From positions 1 to 56,295 of the IMG/VR virus record IMGVR_UViG_3300020196_000044: a stretch of 56,295 nucleotides of DNA. The stretch is one strand, 5' to 3'. Origin of the DNA: a virus (Duplodnaviria > Caudoviricetes). The translations under genes and the position numbers were made by a program. Positions 47,367 through 56,089 of the stretch are shown piece after piece. Below the pieces are notes generated by a model. It worked only from the letters and a program-made list of their open reading frames with translations. It did no database searches and was not told where the DNA came from. Within the stretch, counting starts at the first letter, position 1, and each line of letters starts with the position of its first letter.

Positions 47367-50300
47367 AATGGTTTCGTATCTGCAATCAAAAGATCGTAAG
47401 AAGTACCACCAAAATTAATCTTTAATTTTTTATCAACTTTTAAACTAGTTAATGATTGAGTGCTTGGAATGTTATGTATCTTTGTGTCTGGATGAGTGCC
47501 ACTTAAAGTTCTAATATTCACCAATCCACCAATAGAAATATTTGGTTCACTTGATGTACTTGATAATCCAATTGCTGAAGTATCAAATGGAGGTGAAGTA
47601 TCAAGTGGCGGACAACATAATTCTTTATTATCTAAATTATTTGAAAATGTAAAAACAGATAATTTATTGACAGTATTTGCTAAGAATTGTGTTACATCTG
47701 TTGTTTGTGAATTTGAATTTAATGCTCTAATACCAGGGAATCTATTTTCAATGAATATTGGCATTGGAAGCACTTCATATTGCTTCCTTCTATAATGCAT
47801 ATATCTAAATTGTTGTGTTTGCCAAGTATCACTAGTAATTTTTACTGGTCCATCTGTTTGATAGATATTGATTGAATTTTGAGTTCTTCTTGAAATTGGA
47901 AGTTGAGATGGTGTCTGTATCGAAGGTTCAAAAGGATATGCATAAAGTGAATGAGTATGTTGAAGATCTTCAAAATTAGCAAACCAAACTAATAATCCAG
48001 TGGTAGATAATGTTTTATAATAACTTCCTGCTGGTAATACCCATTCTGTTTGCAATGTATTTGAATTATACCTGGCAAAACTAGTTTGATTCTGGAAATA
48101 TGCACGTTGAGCAGTAGTTAATGTAATATCAGCAGTAATTCTATGAATTCTATCGTAATAAATTGCTTGAGTTTTATTATCAAAATAAGTTTGGCGAGCT
48201 GTATCCAACTGTGTTCCTGTACTAATATTTCTTATTGAAGTTAATGCCAATTGAAGCATAATGCTTGCATTAGGTGCAAATCCAAAATATTCAAGATCAA
48301 AATCAGATGATGGATATCTTGTGAAATCCACTATTTTACCTCTTTGACCACCATCTGCAAAAGTATCAAAATCAGTATATGATTGCCAACGATTTGCAAG
48401 ACGAATAATAAAGTAGTATCTCTTTTGATCATTTCCAGATACAGTTGTACCAGTCCAAATACTATTATCAACACGAATCATTCCTTCAATAAAACCAATA
48501 GGAACATAATCTGTTGTCAAATTAGTATGACCTTCTTGTTGTAAAGACGCTGCTATTTTTGTACCAGTTAATTTTGCAAAAATACAATTACTTGCATATC
48601 TTTTACCACCATCAAATTGTGCTTCACTGTGATTTTCAAAATTTTGATTTGGGAATGCTTCAGACCACCAAGCAACTGATGCTGTACCATTAATTAAAAT
48701 ATCTCTTGCTGGATTATTACCATTGTTTAGATATGGATCAAAACTTCCAGTACTAGAAGATTCTGTCCATCTAACATTGTTTCCTGGAACATCACCATTA
48801 TCTATTTCGGTAATAATATATTTTGTTTTAACTCTATCAGCAGCAACATCATAATTATTTTGAGCACAACCACTATTCAAACAGAAATATTGAAGTGGTT
48901 TTGTAATATCACATCCTCTATCATGATAGAATGCAACTGCTGCTCTTTGATTTACAAAATTATTTTGTTGGAAAAATGTTGGTTCTTTGTCTAAAGTTAC
49001 ATCATAAACACTAACAATTATACCAGTAGATGCAGTTTGAGTTGCACCTGCTAATTTTATTCTAAAAGATCCAGGATTTCCAACACTTCCAGTTGCATTT
49101 CCACCACCAGAACTATTATTAGAACTAAATGCTCCAGTATTTGCAACAATTGAATTTCCTAATCTTCCAGAACCTCCTCCTCCACCACCATCATTTGATT
49201 GTCCTGATAAAGGAGATCCAGTTACAAATCCTCTTCCTGCTCCACCACCATAATAACCACCACCGCCACCACCGCCAGCAGTAAATGAAACTAATTGTCC
49301 GTTAACCGTTCCTGTAACTGTTTGTGCGCTTCCTCCTTGGAATTGACTACCTGCTTGTCCTGTAATACCTCCACTACTTCCTCCAGCACCTCCAGCAGAT
49401 TGAGTACCTCCTCTTCCTCCTCGGATTCCAGTTATTGGAGTTGCAGTACCACCATTGGTATTGCCGCCAGCACCTCCAACACTTGGATCATTTCCACCAC
49501 CTCCTCCACCACCAGCGAGTAAAATTGTACTAGCAGCAGTCCAGTTACCAGTAGTACGATCACCAGAGAATATTGCGGTAAATCCTCCTCCACCACCACC
49601 TTTTGTACTTCCAAGGTAATTACCACCAGTGCCACCACCAGGATATCCAGGTAAATAACTATTAGTTCCAGTTCCTACAACCACAGTATATGTCGTATTT
49701 GCTTGGAAATTAATATTTCCTTGTGCTGCTCCACCATTACCACCTTTAACATTATTTCCAGAAGGTCCACCTCCAGCACCGATACAATAAACTGTTGCCG
49801 TAAAATTATTTTGTGGTATTAATTTATATAATACTCCTGGAGTAAACGTATCGAAGAATGCTATTTGAGATAAATCAATTGTTTGAGTAAGACCATTTGC
49901 TTCAATAGTTACAACAGCAGGCGCAATTAAACTATTGTCCAGTGCACGTTGTTCTTTATATTTTACTGAAGTTAATCGTATGTAAGTTGATTCTGATGGA
50001 GAATTTGGGAAAATTAAAGTTTTTCCTATAGATAATCCTTCTCCATTACCTAAGAATTCGTATTTAAATGGAGCAGTAGTATTATTTTTAACTAAGATCC
50101 CTGAAGTAATATATCCATTGTGATCCAAGAAATTGACTGAAATAGAACTGCTACCACTAGTTAATTTTTTGCTAGTGATTGCACCAGCACCTAACAATAC
50201 TTCAGTAACTCTGGTTCCAAGTGGAATGTATTTTGGAGCAGCAAATGCATCTCCCTGAGCAGTTCCGTTTCCTAAACCAGATTCAATAATGTAATTTCCA

Positions 50301-52327
50301 ATCTCAACATCTGATGTATCTCCAAATGATATTAATCTAGAATCAGCTGCCATTGAAGTAGTTTTTGCAACTGCTATTTTATTCCAATTTTCTTTTGGAG
50401 TATAGTTTGATACTAAACGACGTAATGTATATAATCCCTTATACTTATCACTTTTATTAACTAATTTTCTACCACCAATAACTCTTTGTTCAATACCTTC
50501 TTCAATAGAAGTTCCACCAGCTGGAACAGTATTATCAATAAATTGTTTGAAGTCCCCAATTTTATAGAATTCATAATCTTGTTCATAAAGATATTTGTAA
50601 TTTAAGTAAGTATATGATGTTTGTACTTCATTTCTCCATAGAATAATCCAACTTTTATTTGCATTAGATGCGGAAACATCTTCATCTTTTGTAAAATAGA
50701 ACCAATCTATTTTGTATTCATTATAAGCTTCTAAGAAATGGTCAATTGTGATATCTTTATATCTAAGTTCTTGTTCACCAATACGTGCAACAAAATACAA
50801 TGATTGTGTCGTTGGACCATCTTGTATTTGTCCAGATGATCCTGTTTGAGTAATTTGAGTGTACCCAAAACTTGAATCAAATACTATAACATTACCAGAA
50901 AAATATGCAACTTGATCATTATTATTTCCTGGAGTTATTGTATACGTTGTGTCTAATTCTACTGTAACTGTTTTAGTAGTATCATTTAAAGCAATAACTT
51001 TGTATCTTCTTGCTAATCTATTTGGATCACCAGAGTAAACCCTGTAATCATAAATGTAATCATTAATCATAAAATTTTTATATAACCATTCATCGGTAAT
51101 TGTTAGGGTATTGCCAGATACTGTATATCCACCACCTTGAATAGTTCTACGATGATAAATTGTATTTAAATATTTTGTTGTTGATCTATTTGCCCAGGGA
51201 ATGTATCTAACGACGCATCTATAACCAGAATTTATAACAACATTTGCAGTTGGGAAAGTGAGTGTATTTTGCTCTAATATATTCATATCACGAGTTACAT
51301 TGATATAGAAGGAAGTTACTGTCCCTGTTGTATTTGCTGCAAATACTTTATATTGTCTAGATTTTACTGGTCCCTCATCAACTTGTAAATAGACAAAATC
51401 ACCTGTTTTGAGGTTTACTGCAGTATCTAATTGAATTAATACAAATTGACTATCTGCCCCTTCAGCATTCATTTCTGTTATAGCATATGGAGCATTTCCT
51501 GGATTCCCATAAAATGCTTTAACGTAAGAAGGTGAAGTTTTTGATTGGAATGAAAACTCACATAACCCAGAAGTATTAATTCTAAAGAAATGAGTACCAT
51601 TCTCTGTTGGTTTGTAGTAACCTTGCCAGTTTACACCACCAAATAAAGATAAGAAAGTATTTTGAACTTTATTACCATAAATGAATCTTCCACGTTCCCA
51701 AAAATTATCTGTATATGTTATATCTTCTTCAGTTAATGGGTCATAAATTCTATTCAAATAAAGTAATTTTTCATCATAATTTCTAATAAATGTCCAATTA
51801 TTTACAGTTCCTGATGTATGTGATGGTGCAGTGGATGTGGAAACATTATTTGCATCCATGCTATAAAGTTTATTATTTGCAAGCACAACTTCAGCATATG
51901 CATACAATTGATTAGCAACAAATAGTTGTGGTTCTCTAATAATTTGATCAGAATCATAATATGTTGCTTTTGGACCATCACCACCAAGGAAAAATGGTTC
52001 TCCAGTGCTAAAATATGCACTATCTAATCTATTCTTAATTTTAATGATTGGTTTGTAAATTGTTGGGTTGCTATTATTTTGAATTACTCCGTTTGCAACA
52101 ACAGTAAATAGAACAGTAACACCATTCAAACTTGCAAATGTGGATGTAGTGATGTTAGTTGTATAAATTTGACGAATAGGTTCTAAGTCAAGAGTAGTAA
52201 ATGACGACTTTGCACCTAACATACTAGGTGTCTTTAATAAATTATTAAGTGCAGTTGTTGGACTTGGGAGATCACTCAAATTACGATCTCTTCTTAAACC
52301 AAATCTGTTAAATGCTTTTGATGCCAT
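47363..52327 (-). CDS. Giant structural protein with PA14-like and glycine-rich domains (1654 aa)
   Basis: NLSDL N-terminal motif, GGVNWQGYYKP..NG.H.F, AGGGGGG/GGGGGYYGGG domain; late promoter upstream. Confidence 0.7.
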   Translation of the reverse strand: MASKAFNRFGLRRDRNLSDLPSPTTALNNLLKTPSMLGAKSSFTTLDLEPIRQIYTTNITTSTFASLNGVTVLFTVVANGVIQNNSNPTIYKPIIKIKNRLDSAYFSTGEPFFLGGDGPKATYYDSDQIIREPQLFVANQLYAYAEVVLANNKLYSMDANNVSTSTAPSHTSGTVNNWTFIRNYDEKLLYLNRIYDPLTEEDITYTDNFWERGRFIYGNKVQNTFLSLFGGVNWQGYYKPTENGTHFFRINTSGLCEFSFQSKTSPSYVKAFYGNPGNAPYAITEMNAEGADSQFVLIQLDTAVNLKTGDFVYLQVDEGPVKSRQYKVFAANTTGTVTSFYINVTRDMNILEQNTLTFPTANVVINSGYRCVVRYIPWANRSTTKYLNTIYHRRTIQGGGYTVSGNTLTITDEWLYKNFMINDYIYDYRVYSGDPNRLARRYKVIALNDTTKTVTVELDTTYTITPGNNNDQVAYFSGNVIVFDSSFGYTQITQTGSSGQIQDGPTTQSLYFVARIGEQELRYKDITIDHFLEAYNEYKIDWFYFTKDEDVSASNANKSWIILWRNEVQTSYTYLNYKYLYEQDYEFYKIGDFKQFIDNTVPAGGTSIEEGIEQRVIGGRKLVNKSDKYKGLYTLRRLVSNYTPKENWNKIAVAKTTSMAADSRLISFGDTSDVEIGNYIIESGLGNGTAQGDAFAAPKYIPLGTRVTEVLLGAGAITSKKLTSGSSSISVNFLDHNGYITSGILVKNNTTAPFKYEFLGNGEGLSIGKTLIFPNSPSESTYIRLTSVKYKEQRALDNSLIAPAVVTIEANGLTQTIDLSQIAFFDTFTPGVLYKLIPQNNFTATVYCIGAGGGPSGNNVKGGNGGAAQGNINFQANTTYTVVVGTGTNSYLPGYPGGGTGGNYLGSTKGGGGGGFTAIFSGDRTTGNWTAASTILLAGGGGGGGNDPSVGGAGGNTNGGTATPITGIRGGRGGTQSAGGAGGSSGGITGQAGSQFQGGSAQTVTGTVNGQLVSFTAGGGGGGGYYGGGAGRGFVTGSPLSGQSNDGGGGGGSGRLGNSIVANTGAFSSNNSSGGGNATGSVGNPGSFRIKLAGATQTASTGIIVSVYDVTLDKEPTFFQQNNFVNQRAAVAFYHDRGCDITKPLQYFCLNSGCAQNNYDVAADRVKTKYIITEIDNGDVPGNNVRWTESSSTGSFDPYLNNGNNPARDILINGTASVAWWSEAFPNQNFENHSEAQFDGGKRYASNCIFAKLTGTKIAASLQQEGHTNLTTDYVPIGFIEGMIRVDNSIWTGTTVSGNDQKRYYFIIRLANRWQSYTDFDTFADGGQRGKIVDFTRYPSSDFDLEYFGFAPNASIMLQLALTSIRNISTGTQLDTARQTYFDNKTQAIYYDRIHRITADITLTTAQRAYFQNQTSFARYNSNTLQTEWVLPAGSYYKTLSTTGLLVWFANFEDLQHTHSLYAYPFEPSIQTPSQLPISRRTQNSINIYQTDGPVKITSDTWQTQQFRYMHYRRKQYEVLPMPIFIENRFPGIRALNSNSQTTDVTQFLANTVNKLSVFTFSNNLDNKELCCPPLDTSPPFDTSAIGLSSTSSEPNISIGGLVNIRTLSGTHPDTKIHNIPSTQSLTSLKVDKKLKINFGGTSYDLLIADTKPF

Positions 52328-52336
52328 GCTTAGGTC

Positions 52337-52364
52337 TTGACTTTTAAAGTATTTATGGTATGAT
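52337..52364. promoter_or_regulatory. Minus-strand late promoter nested in a plus-strand sigma70-type promoter
   Basis: TTGACT-16 nt-TATGAT on +; TATTTAT (ATAAATA on -) at 52350-52356. Confidence 0.6.
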
Positions 52365-52383
52365 ATTTAAAAACGGAGTATTT

Positions 52384-52602
52384 ATGGATTTAGAAAAGTA
52401 TTGTTCAAACATTGAAAATCAAATTAAAGAAGTTAAATATGACATCATGATTAAGGAAGAGGAATTGAATAAGTTGAAGGATTTTGCTTCCAGATTAACT
52501 GGTGGTCTTGAAGTTCTTACGCAATTAAAGAAAGAAAATCCAGCAGAAACTTTGAAAAGGGAAATACAACAGACAGTTGATGAACTGGCACAGGACTCTT
52601 GA
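52384..52602 (+). CDS. Small coiled-coil protein (start MDLEKY)
   Basis: GGAG RBS; heptad pattern. Confidence 0.6.
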   Translation: MDLEKYCSNIENQIKEVKYDIMIKEEELNKLKDFASRLTGGLEVLTQLKKENPAETLKREIQQTVDELAQDS

Positions 52603-52627
52603 CGCGAACATTCAGGTGCTCTATATT
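52574..52627 (+). promoter_or_regulatory. Early promoter with upstream palindromic motif
   Basis: CAGTT-n4-AACTG(GCACA), then TTGACG-17 nt-TATATT. Confidence 0.7.
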
Positions 52628-52651
52628 GAATGAGTTCAAGGGAAACACCCA

Positions 52652-53086
52652 ATGCAATTCACCGACTTCCTCGCCCACCAACAGAACACCACCCTCATCG
52701 CTGAGAAGGTTGAGGACTATGCACTGATGCTGTGTGATGCTCTGTACATGAATCTCAAGAACCAGCAGATTCGCTCTCACGAGCGTTCTATTCGTGAAGA
52801 GATCAACATGGACTACCACCAGTCAAAGATTGAGCACATTAAGAACCACGGTCCTGATGTAGAATTCTACTGCAAACGTGGTCGTAAGTATCTTAAACTG
52901 ATCATGCGTGATGCTGGTGGTCAGCAGCATGTTCATGCTTTCATTGATCGCAGCAACGGTGAGGTGTTCAAACCAGCATCGTGGCAAGCACCTGCTAAAG
53001 GTGTTCGTTTCAATCTTCTTCTTGATCAATCACGTGAGTGGTTGTATGAGCACGCTGATTGGGCAGGCGGTTATCTTTACAAGTGA
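52652..53086 (+). CDS. Phage early hypothetical protein
   Basis: GRKYLK, VHAFID, GEVFKPASWQAPAKGVRFNL; C-rich codon usage. Confidence 0.8.
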   Translation: MQFTDFLAHQQNTTLIAEKVEDYALMLCDALYMNLKNQQIRSHERSIREEINMDYHQSKIEHIKNHGPDVEFYCKRGRKYLKLIMRDAGGQQHVHAFIDRSNGEVFKPASWQAPAKGVRFNLLLDQSREWLYEHADWAGGYLYK

Positions 53087-53529
53087 TGAGAGAACGCAAC
53101 CTCGACAATATCCCTCAGGGCACCTGTGTGTGCTCTGAGTGTGGTCAAGAGAAAGATAACACTGAATACCAGTGGTACAGTAACAGGTTTACTAAAGATG
53201 GTTATCGTCTCAGGGTCAATACCTATTGTCGTACTTGCTCAACTAGAATCACTAAAGACCTGTCTGCTATTAAACGTAAAGTAAAGCATCAACATCCACA
53301 ACCTGCATATGGAGAACCATGTGCAATTTGCAAGAAACCAGTATATAAACATAAAAGTGAGGTTCCTGCTGGTGTGGATGGTACTTGGGGTTGGCAATGC
53401 GATCACGACCATGAGACCAATGAGTTTCGTGGTTGGTTGTGTAAGAAATGCAATACTGGATTGGGTGCATTGGGAGATAATTTAGAATCACTATTACGAG
53501 CGGTAGAATATCTTAATGGCAAAACGTAA
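53086..53529 (+). CDS. Endonuclease VII-like (His-Me finger) nuclease
   Basis: CAIC, DHDHETNEFRGWLCKKCNTGLG, N-terminal CxxC pairs; TGATG coupling. Confidence 0.8.
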   Translation: MRERNLDNIPQGTCVCSECGQEKDNTEYQWYSNRFTKDGYRLRVNTYCRTCSTRITKDLSAIKRKVKHQHPQPAYGEPCAICKKPVYKHKSEVPAGVDGTWGWQCDHDHETNEFRGWLCKKCNTGLGALGDNLESLLRAVEYLNGKT

Positions 53530-53725
53530 AACACCTATTGATTATGGAGATAACCCATATATCCTAGAGGATGAAATACCGCCTCTAGGATTTACTTGTT
53601 TAGATGGTAAAGTGGCAGCAATACCATTTGGTGATAATCAATATATGATTATCATTAATGGTCAACAAGTAAAAGTATGCAGATCTAGAGAATCTGCCAT
53701 TAAATTATTGGAGAATCAAAAATGA
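53516..53725 (+). CDS. Hypothetical protein
   Basis: Coupled ORF. Confidence 0.6.
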   Translation: MAKRKTPIDYGDNPYILEDEIPPLGFTCLDGKVAAIPFGDNQYMIIINGQQVKVCRSRESAIKLLENQK

Positions 53726-53964
53726 ATCCAAACATGCAAGCACATTTCACATATGCCTATGGTGTTGATGGTACATTGTTTGTTACTATCAGACCAGAAT
53801 TCTTAAACCAAATTAAGTGGTGGGACACTACATCTGGTGGTGTTCCACTTGAACTGTCATTTGGTGGCATCACCAAGATGAATGACTGGGGTAACAATGT
53901 CAACCTGACCATCCAGCGTGTGCCAGTTAAGCAAGTGTCCACTGATCTGCCACAGACCCTCTAA
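53722..53964 (+). CDS. Hypothetical protein
   Basis: GGAG RBS and ATGA overlap. Confidence 0.6.
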   Translation: MNPNMQAHFTYAYGVDGTLFVTIRPEFLNQIKWWDTTSGGVPLELSFGGITKMNDWGNNVNLTIQRVPVKQVSTDLPQTL

Positions 53965-53976
53965 ACCGTGTATATT
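53918..53976 (+). promoter_or_regulatory. Early promoter with upstream motif (second copy)
   Basis: GTGTGCCAGTT-aagc-AAGTGTCCAC, with TATATT 47 nt after CAGTT. Confidence 0.65.
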
Positions 53977-54020
53977 AATGGAGTCGGGGGCAAACCGACA
54001 CCACACATCACTTTCTGATT

Positions 54021-54410
54021 ATGGCAACCCGCTCTTTCATTGCTCTTAAGCACCTTGACGACACCTTCAGCGGCGTCTACTGCCATTGGGATGGGTATCC
54101 TGAGTACAATGGCAAAATTCTGCGTGATGACTACACTGACCGTAACAAGATCGTTGATCTGCTTGACGGTGGTGACATCTCTTCTCTAAAAACTGATCAT
54201 GATTGGGATCGCAACCCTATGCCTACTGGTGTTCTATACTATGCTGATCGTGGAGATGATGCAGCAGTTCAGCACTTTCAATCTGTTGTTGATCTTGAAG
54301 ATACTGCTCGTGGCATGGGATGTGATTATCTCTATGTTTATGATGAGAGCAAGTGGATCTGTGAAGATCTGAGCAACAGTGATTTCATCCCTCTTGCTAC
54401 TGTTGCTTAA
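54021..54410 (+). CDS. Phage early hypothetical protein
   Basis: MATRS.I and YCHWDGYP..NGKIL motifs. Confidence 0.8.
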   Translation: MATRSFIALKHLDDTFSGVYCHWDGYPEYNGKILRDDYTDRNKIVDLLDGGDISSLKTDHDWDRNPMPTGVLYYADRGDDAAVQHFQSVVDLEDTARGMGCDYLYVYDESKWICEDLSNSDFIPLATVA

Positions 54411-54498
54411 ATTGACTTACCAAGAACTTCTCGACTTTTGCAAGTTCTTTTCTGAACGAGATCCTGATATAGTAAAGGATCTCGTTCCTTTCAACCTT

Positions 54499-54537
54499 AC
54501 TAAAACCACTAAAACCACTACAACTACTAAAACTACT
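54499..54537 (+). repeat. Imperfect 9-bp tandem repeat
   Basis: ACTAAAACC ACTAAAACC ACTACAACT ACTAAAACT ACT. Confidence 0.75.
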
Positions 54538-54550
54538 GAGGAATTTGATT

Positions 54551-54733
54551 ATGCCTGCTAATTTGATGATCACCATGCTCCGTAAGGGCAAAACTGGTTT
54601 TGAGATTATGAACATTCTTGATGCAATCACTGGTAGTAGCAATGATGATGCTGCTGGATATGATTATGTTGAATCTCCTATGATTGAATCTGTTCTTGGT
54701 ATTCAACCTACTCTGGAACCTGTTGAGTTCTGA
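54551..54733 (+). CDS. Hypothetical protein (start MPANL)
   Basis: GAGGA RBS. Confidence 0.6.
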   Translation: MPANLMITMLRKGKTGFEIMNILDAITGSSNDDAAGYDYVESPMIESVLGIQPTLEPVEF

Positions 54734-54858
54734 TGCCTAACACTTACACTTTTACTGGCGATGCTGTTACCTTCCTTGGTTTGGTTGGTGTTGCTTCAAC
54801 GTTTCTTATTATTGTTACTGCCTTCCGTCGTTACCACAATTCTCCTCTTCGTAAATAA
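54733..54858 (+). CDS. 41-aa single-TM protein (not in ORF track)
   Basis: MPNTYTFTGDAVTFLGLVGVASTFLIIVTAFRRYHNSPLRK*; TGATG coupling. Confidence 0.65.
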   Translation: MPNTYTFTGDAVTFLGLVGVASTFLIIVTAFRRYHNSPLRK

Positions 54859-54877
54859 TAAGTAACGCTTATCAATC

Positions 54878-54912
54878 AAGGGGTTGCCAAGGCACCCCTT
54901 TTCTAGTATGAT
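54878..54912 (+). promoter_or_regulatory. Terminator-like hairpin overlapping a sigma70-type promoter
   Basis: AAGGGG(T)TGCC-aa-GGCACCCCTT plus T-run; TTGCCA-17 nt-TATGAT. Confidence 0.65.
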
Positions 54913-54935
54913 TACAAGGTAATCAAGAAACCCCC

Positions 54936-55199
54936 ATGACTGACTTCCCCACCCTGCAATCCAAGGACGGCACGATGCTGGTTGGATTTTACCCCGTGCA
55001 GACGCCTTTCGGTGACATCTCTGAAGAATGGTGTCTACAGGTGCTCTCCTGGAAAGGTGTTGATCAGATCTCCAAGAAGTATCTGAATCGTGTTGAGAAA
55101 GCCTGTGCGATTCGTGATCGCCTGGCTTATGATTATGTGGTGACAGGTGACAACCAGGACCTGCCTCAACTTGGTAATCCTTTCTATGGTACTTGCTGA
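54936..55199 (+). CDS. Hypothetical early protein
   Basis: ORF directly after the promoter. Confidence 0.7.
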   Translation: MTDFPTLQSKDGTMLVGFYPVQTPFGDISEEWCLQVLSWKGVDQISKKYLNRVEKACAIRDRLAYDYVVTGDNQDLPQLGNPFYGTC

Positions 55200-55264
55200 T
55201 GGCACTTTTCTGACAACAGGAAATCAGATATAGATAGTAACTGCCCATTGCATGAGTTAACTCA

Positions 55265-55588
55265 ATGAGTTGGATTGAATACTATTTCCAGCATGTCATC
55301 CCTACGGGGTTCAGGACCCTCTCCAGCGCCTTTGAGATCTGGGGTGACCTGATGACTGGAAACTACCAGGGATACGCCCTCCTGGACGACGACGACCCCT
55401 TCCAGTGCTGTTATGAATGGTTCTGGGTAAGCTTGGGGGAGGACAATGTATATGAAAAAGAGTTTTTAGAATATTTGTTAAAACTTGCTGATGATATTGA
55501 CAAAGGCATCACGCCAGTGTATCCTATAGATGACCAGTTAACCCGAATCAATGAATTACTCAACAATGTTAAAATTGACGAAGAATGA
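55265..55588 (+). CDS. Hypothetical acidic protein
   Basis: ORF track. Confidence 0.65.
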   Translation: MSWIEYYFQHVIPTGFRTLSSAFEIWGDLMTGNYQGYALLDDDDPFQCCYEWFWVSLGEDNVYEKEFLEYLLKLADDIDKGITPVYPIDDQLTRINELLNNVKIDEE

Positions 55589-55712
55589 ACTTAGTATTCT
55601 GCTTTCCACCATGCAGATTTTAAACTCTAAAGATCAAAAGAAATTAGAAACCACATATGGTTCTATCTCTGCTCTTTACAATAAACTGTATACTGTTTCT
55701 GAACAACTTTAA
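55566..55712 (+). CDS. Small hypothetical protein, 48 aa (not in ORF track)
   Basis: MLKLTKNELSILLSTMQIL...YGSISALYNKLY...*; fills the gap before 55718. Confidence 0.55.
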   Translation: MLKLTKNELSILLSTMQILNSKDQKKLETTYGSISALYNKLYTVSEQL

Positions 55713-55717
55713 ACTAA

Positions 55718-56083
55718 ATGAAAAAACTACTGATCATCTGCTCTGTTTTATTCGCTCTTCCTGCAGGTGCATTTCCTGTATTCAAATATCAAACCCCTTG
55801 CCATCTTGAAAGGAAAGAATTAAACCAATATCTTAAAGATGTATGCACTGTAGTTGAAACTCGTGAAAAAGGCGGTGCTCTTCGTACTCGTAACATTTAC
55901 TCTAATAAATTTGGTTTGACTATCAAAGGACGATTTGTTCAAGGCAAAGGTTACATGACATGGGATTCTCATAACAAATATGAATACAAATGGGATTATA
56001 TTATCGGTAGGGTTGCAGGAGATACTCAACCCCATACCTATGTAATGCCAGGTATTTTGCTAGAAAACATTTCTTGGGATTGA
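55718..56083 (+). CDS. Hypothetical protein with signal peptide
   Basis: MKKLLIICSVLFALPAGA N-terminus (A-x-A cleavage site). Confidence 0.7.
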   Translation: MKKLLIICSVLFALPAGAFPVFKYQTPCHLERKELNQYLKDVCTVVETREKGGALRTRNIYSNKFGLTIKGRFVQGKGYMTWDSHNKYEYKWDYIIGRVAGDTQPHTYVMPGILLENISWD

Positions 56084-56089
56084 GGAAGT

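Noticed and set aside
24435-52327. Diversity-generating retroelement or invertible shufflon acting on the fiber genes
   Set aside because: No reverse transcriptase, recombinase, template/variable repeat pair or flanking inverted repeats seen by eye; a self dot-plot would be needed to exclude them fully.
54379-54561. ORF encoding TKTTKTTTT
   Set aside because: No convincing start or RBS and it overlaps both neighbours; a short gene from TTG 54412 is possible but unsupported.
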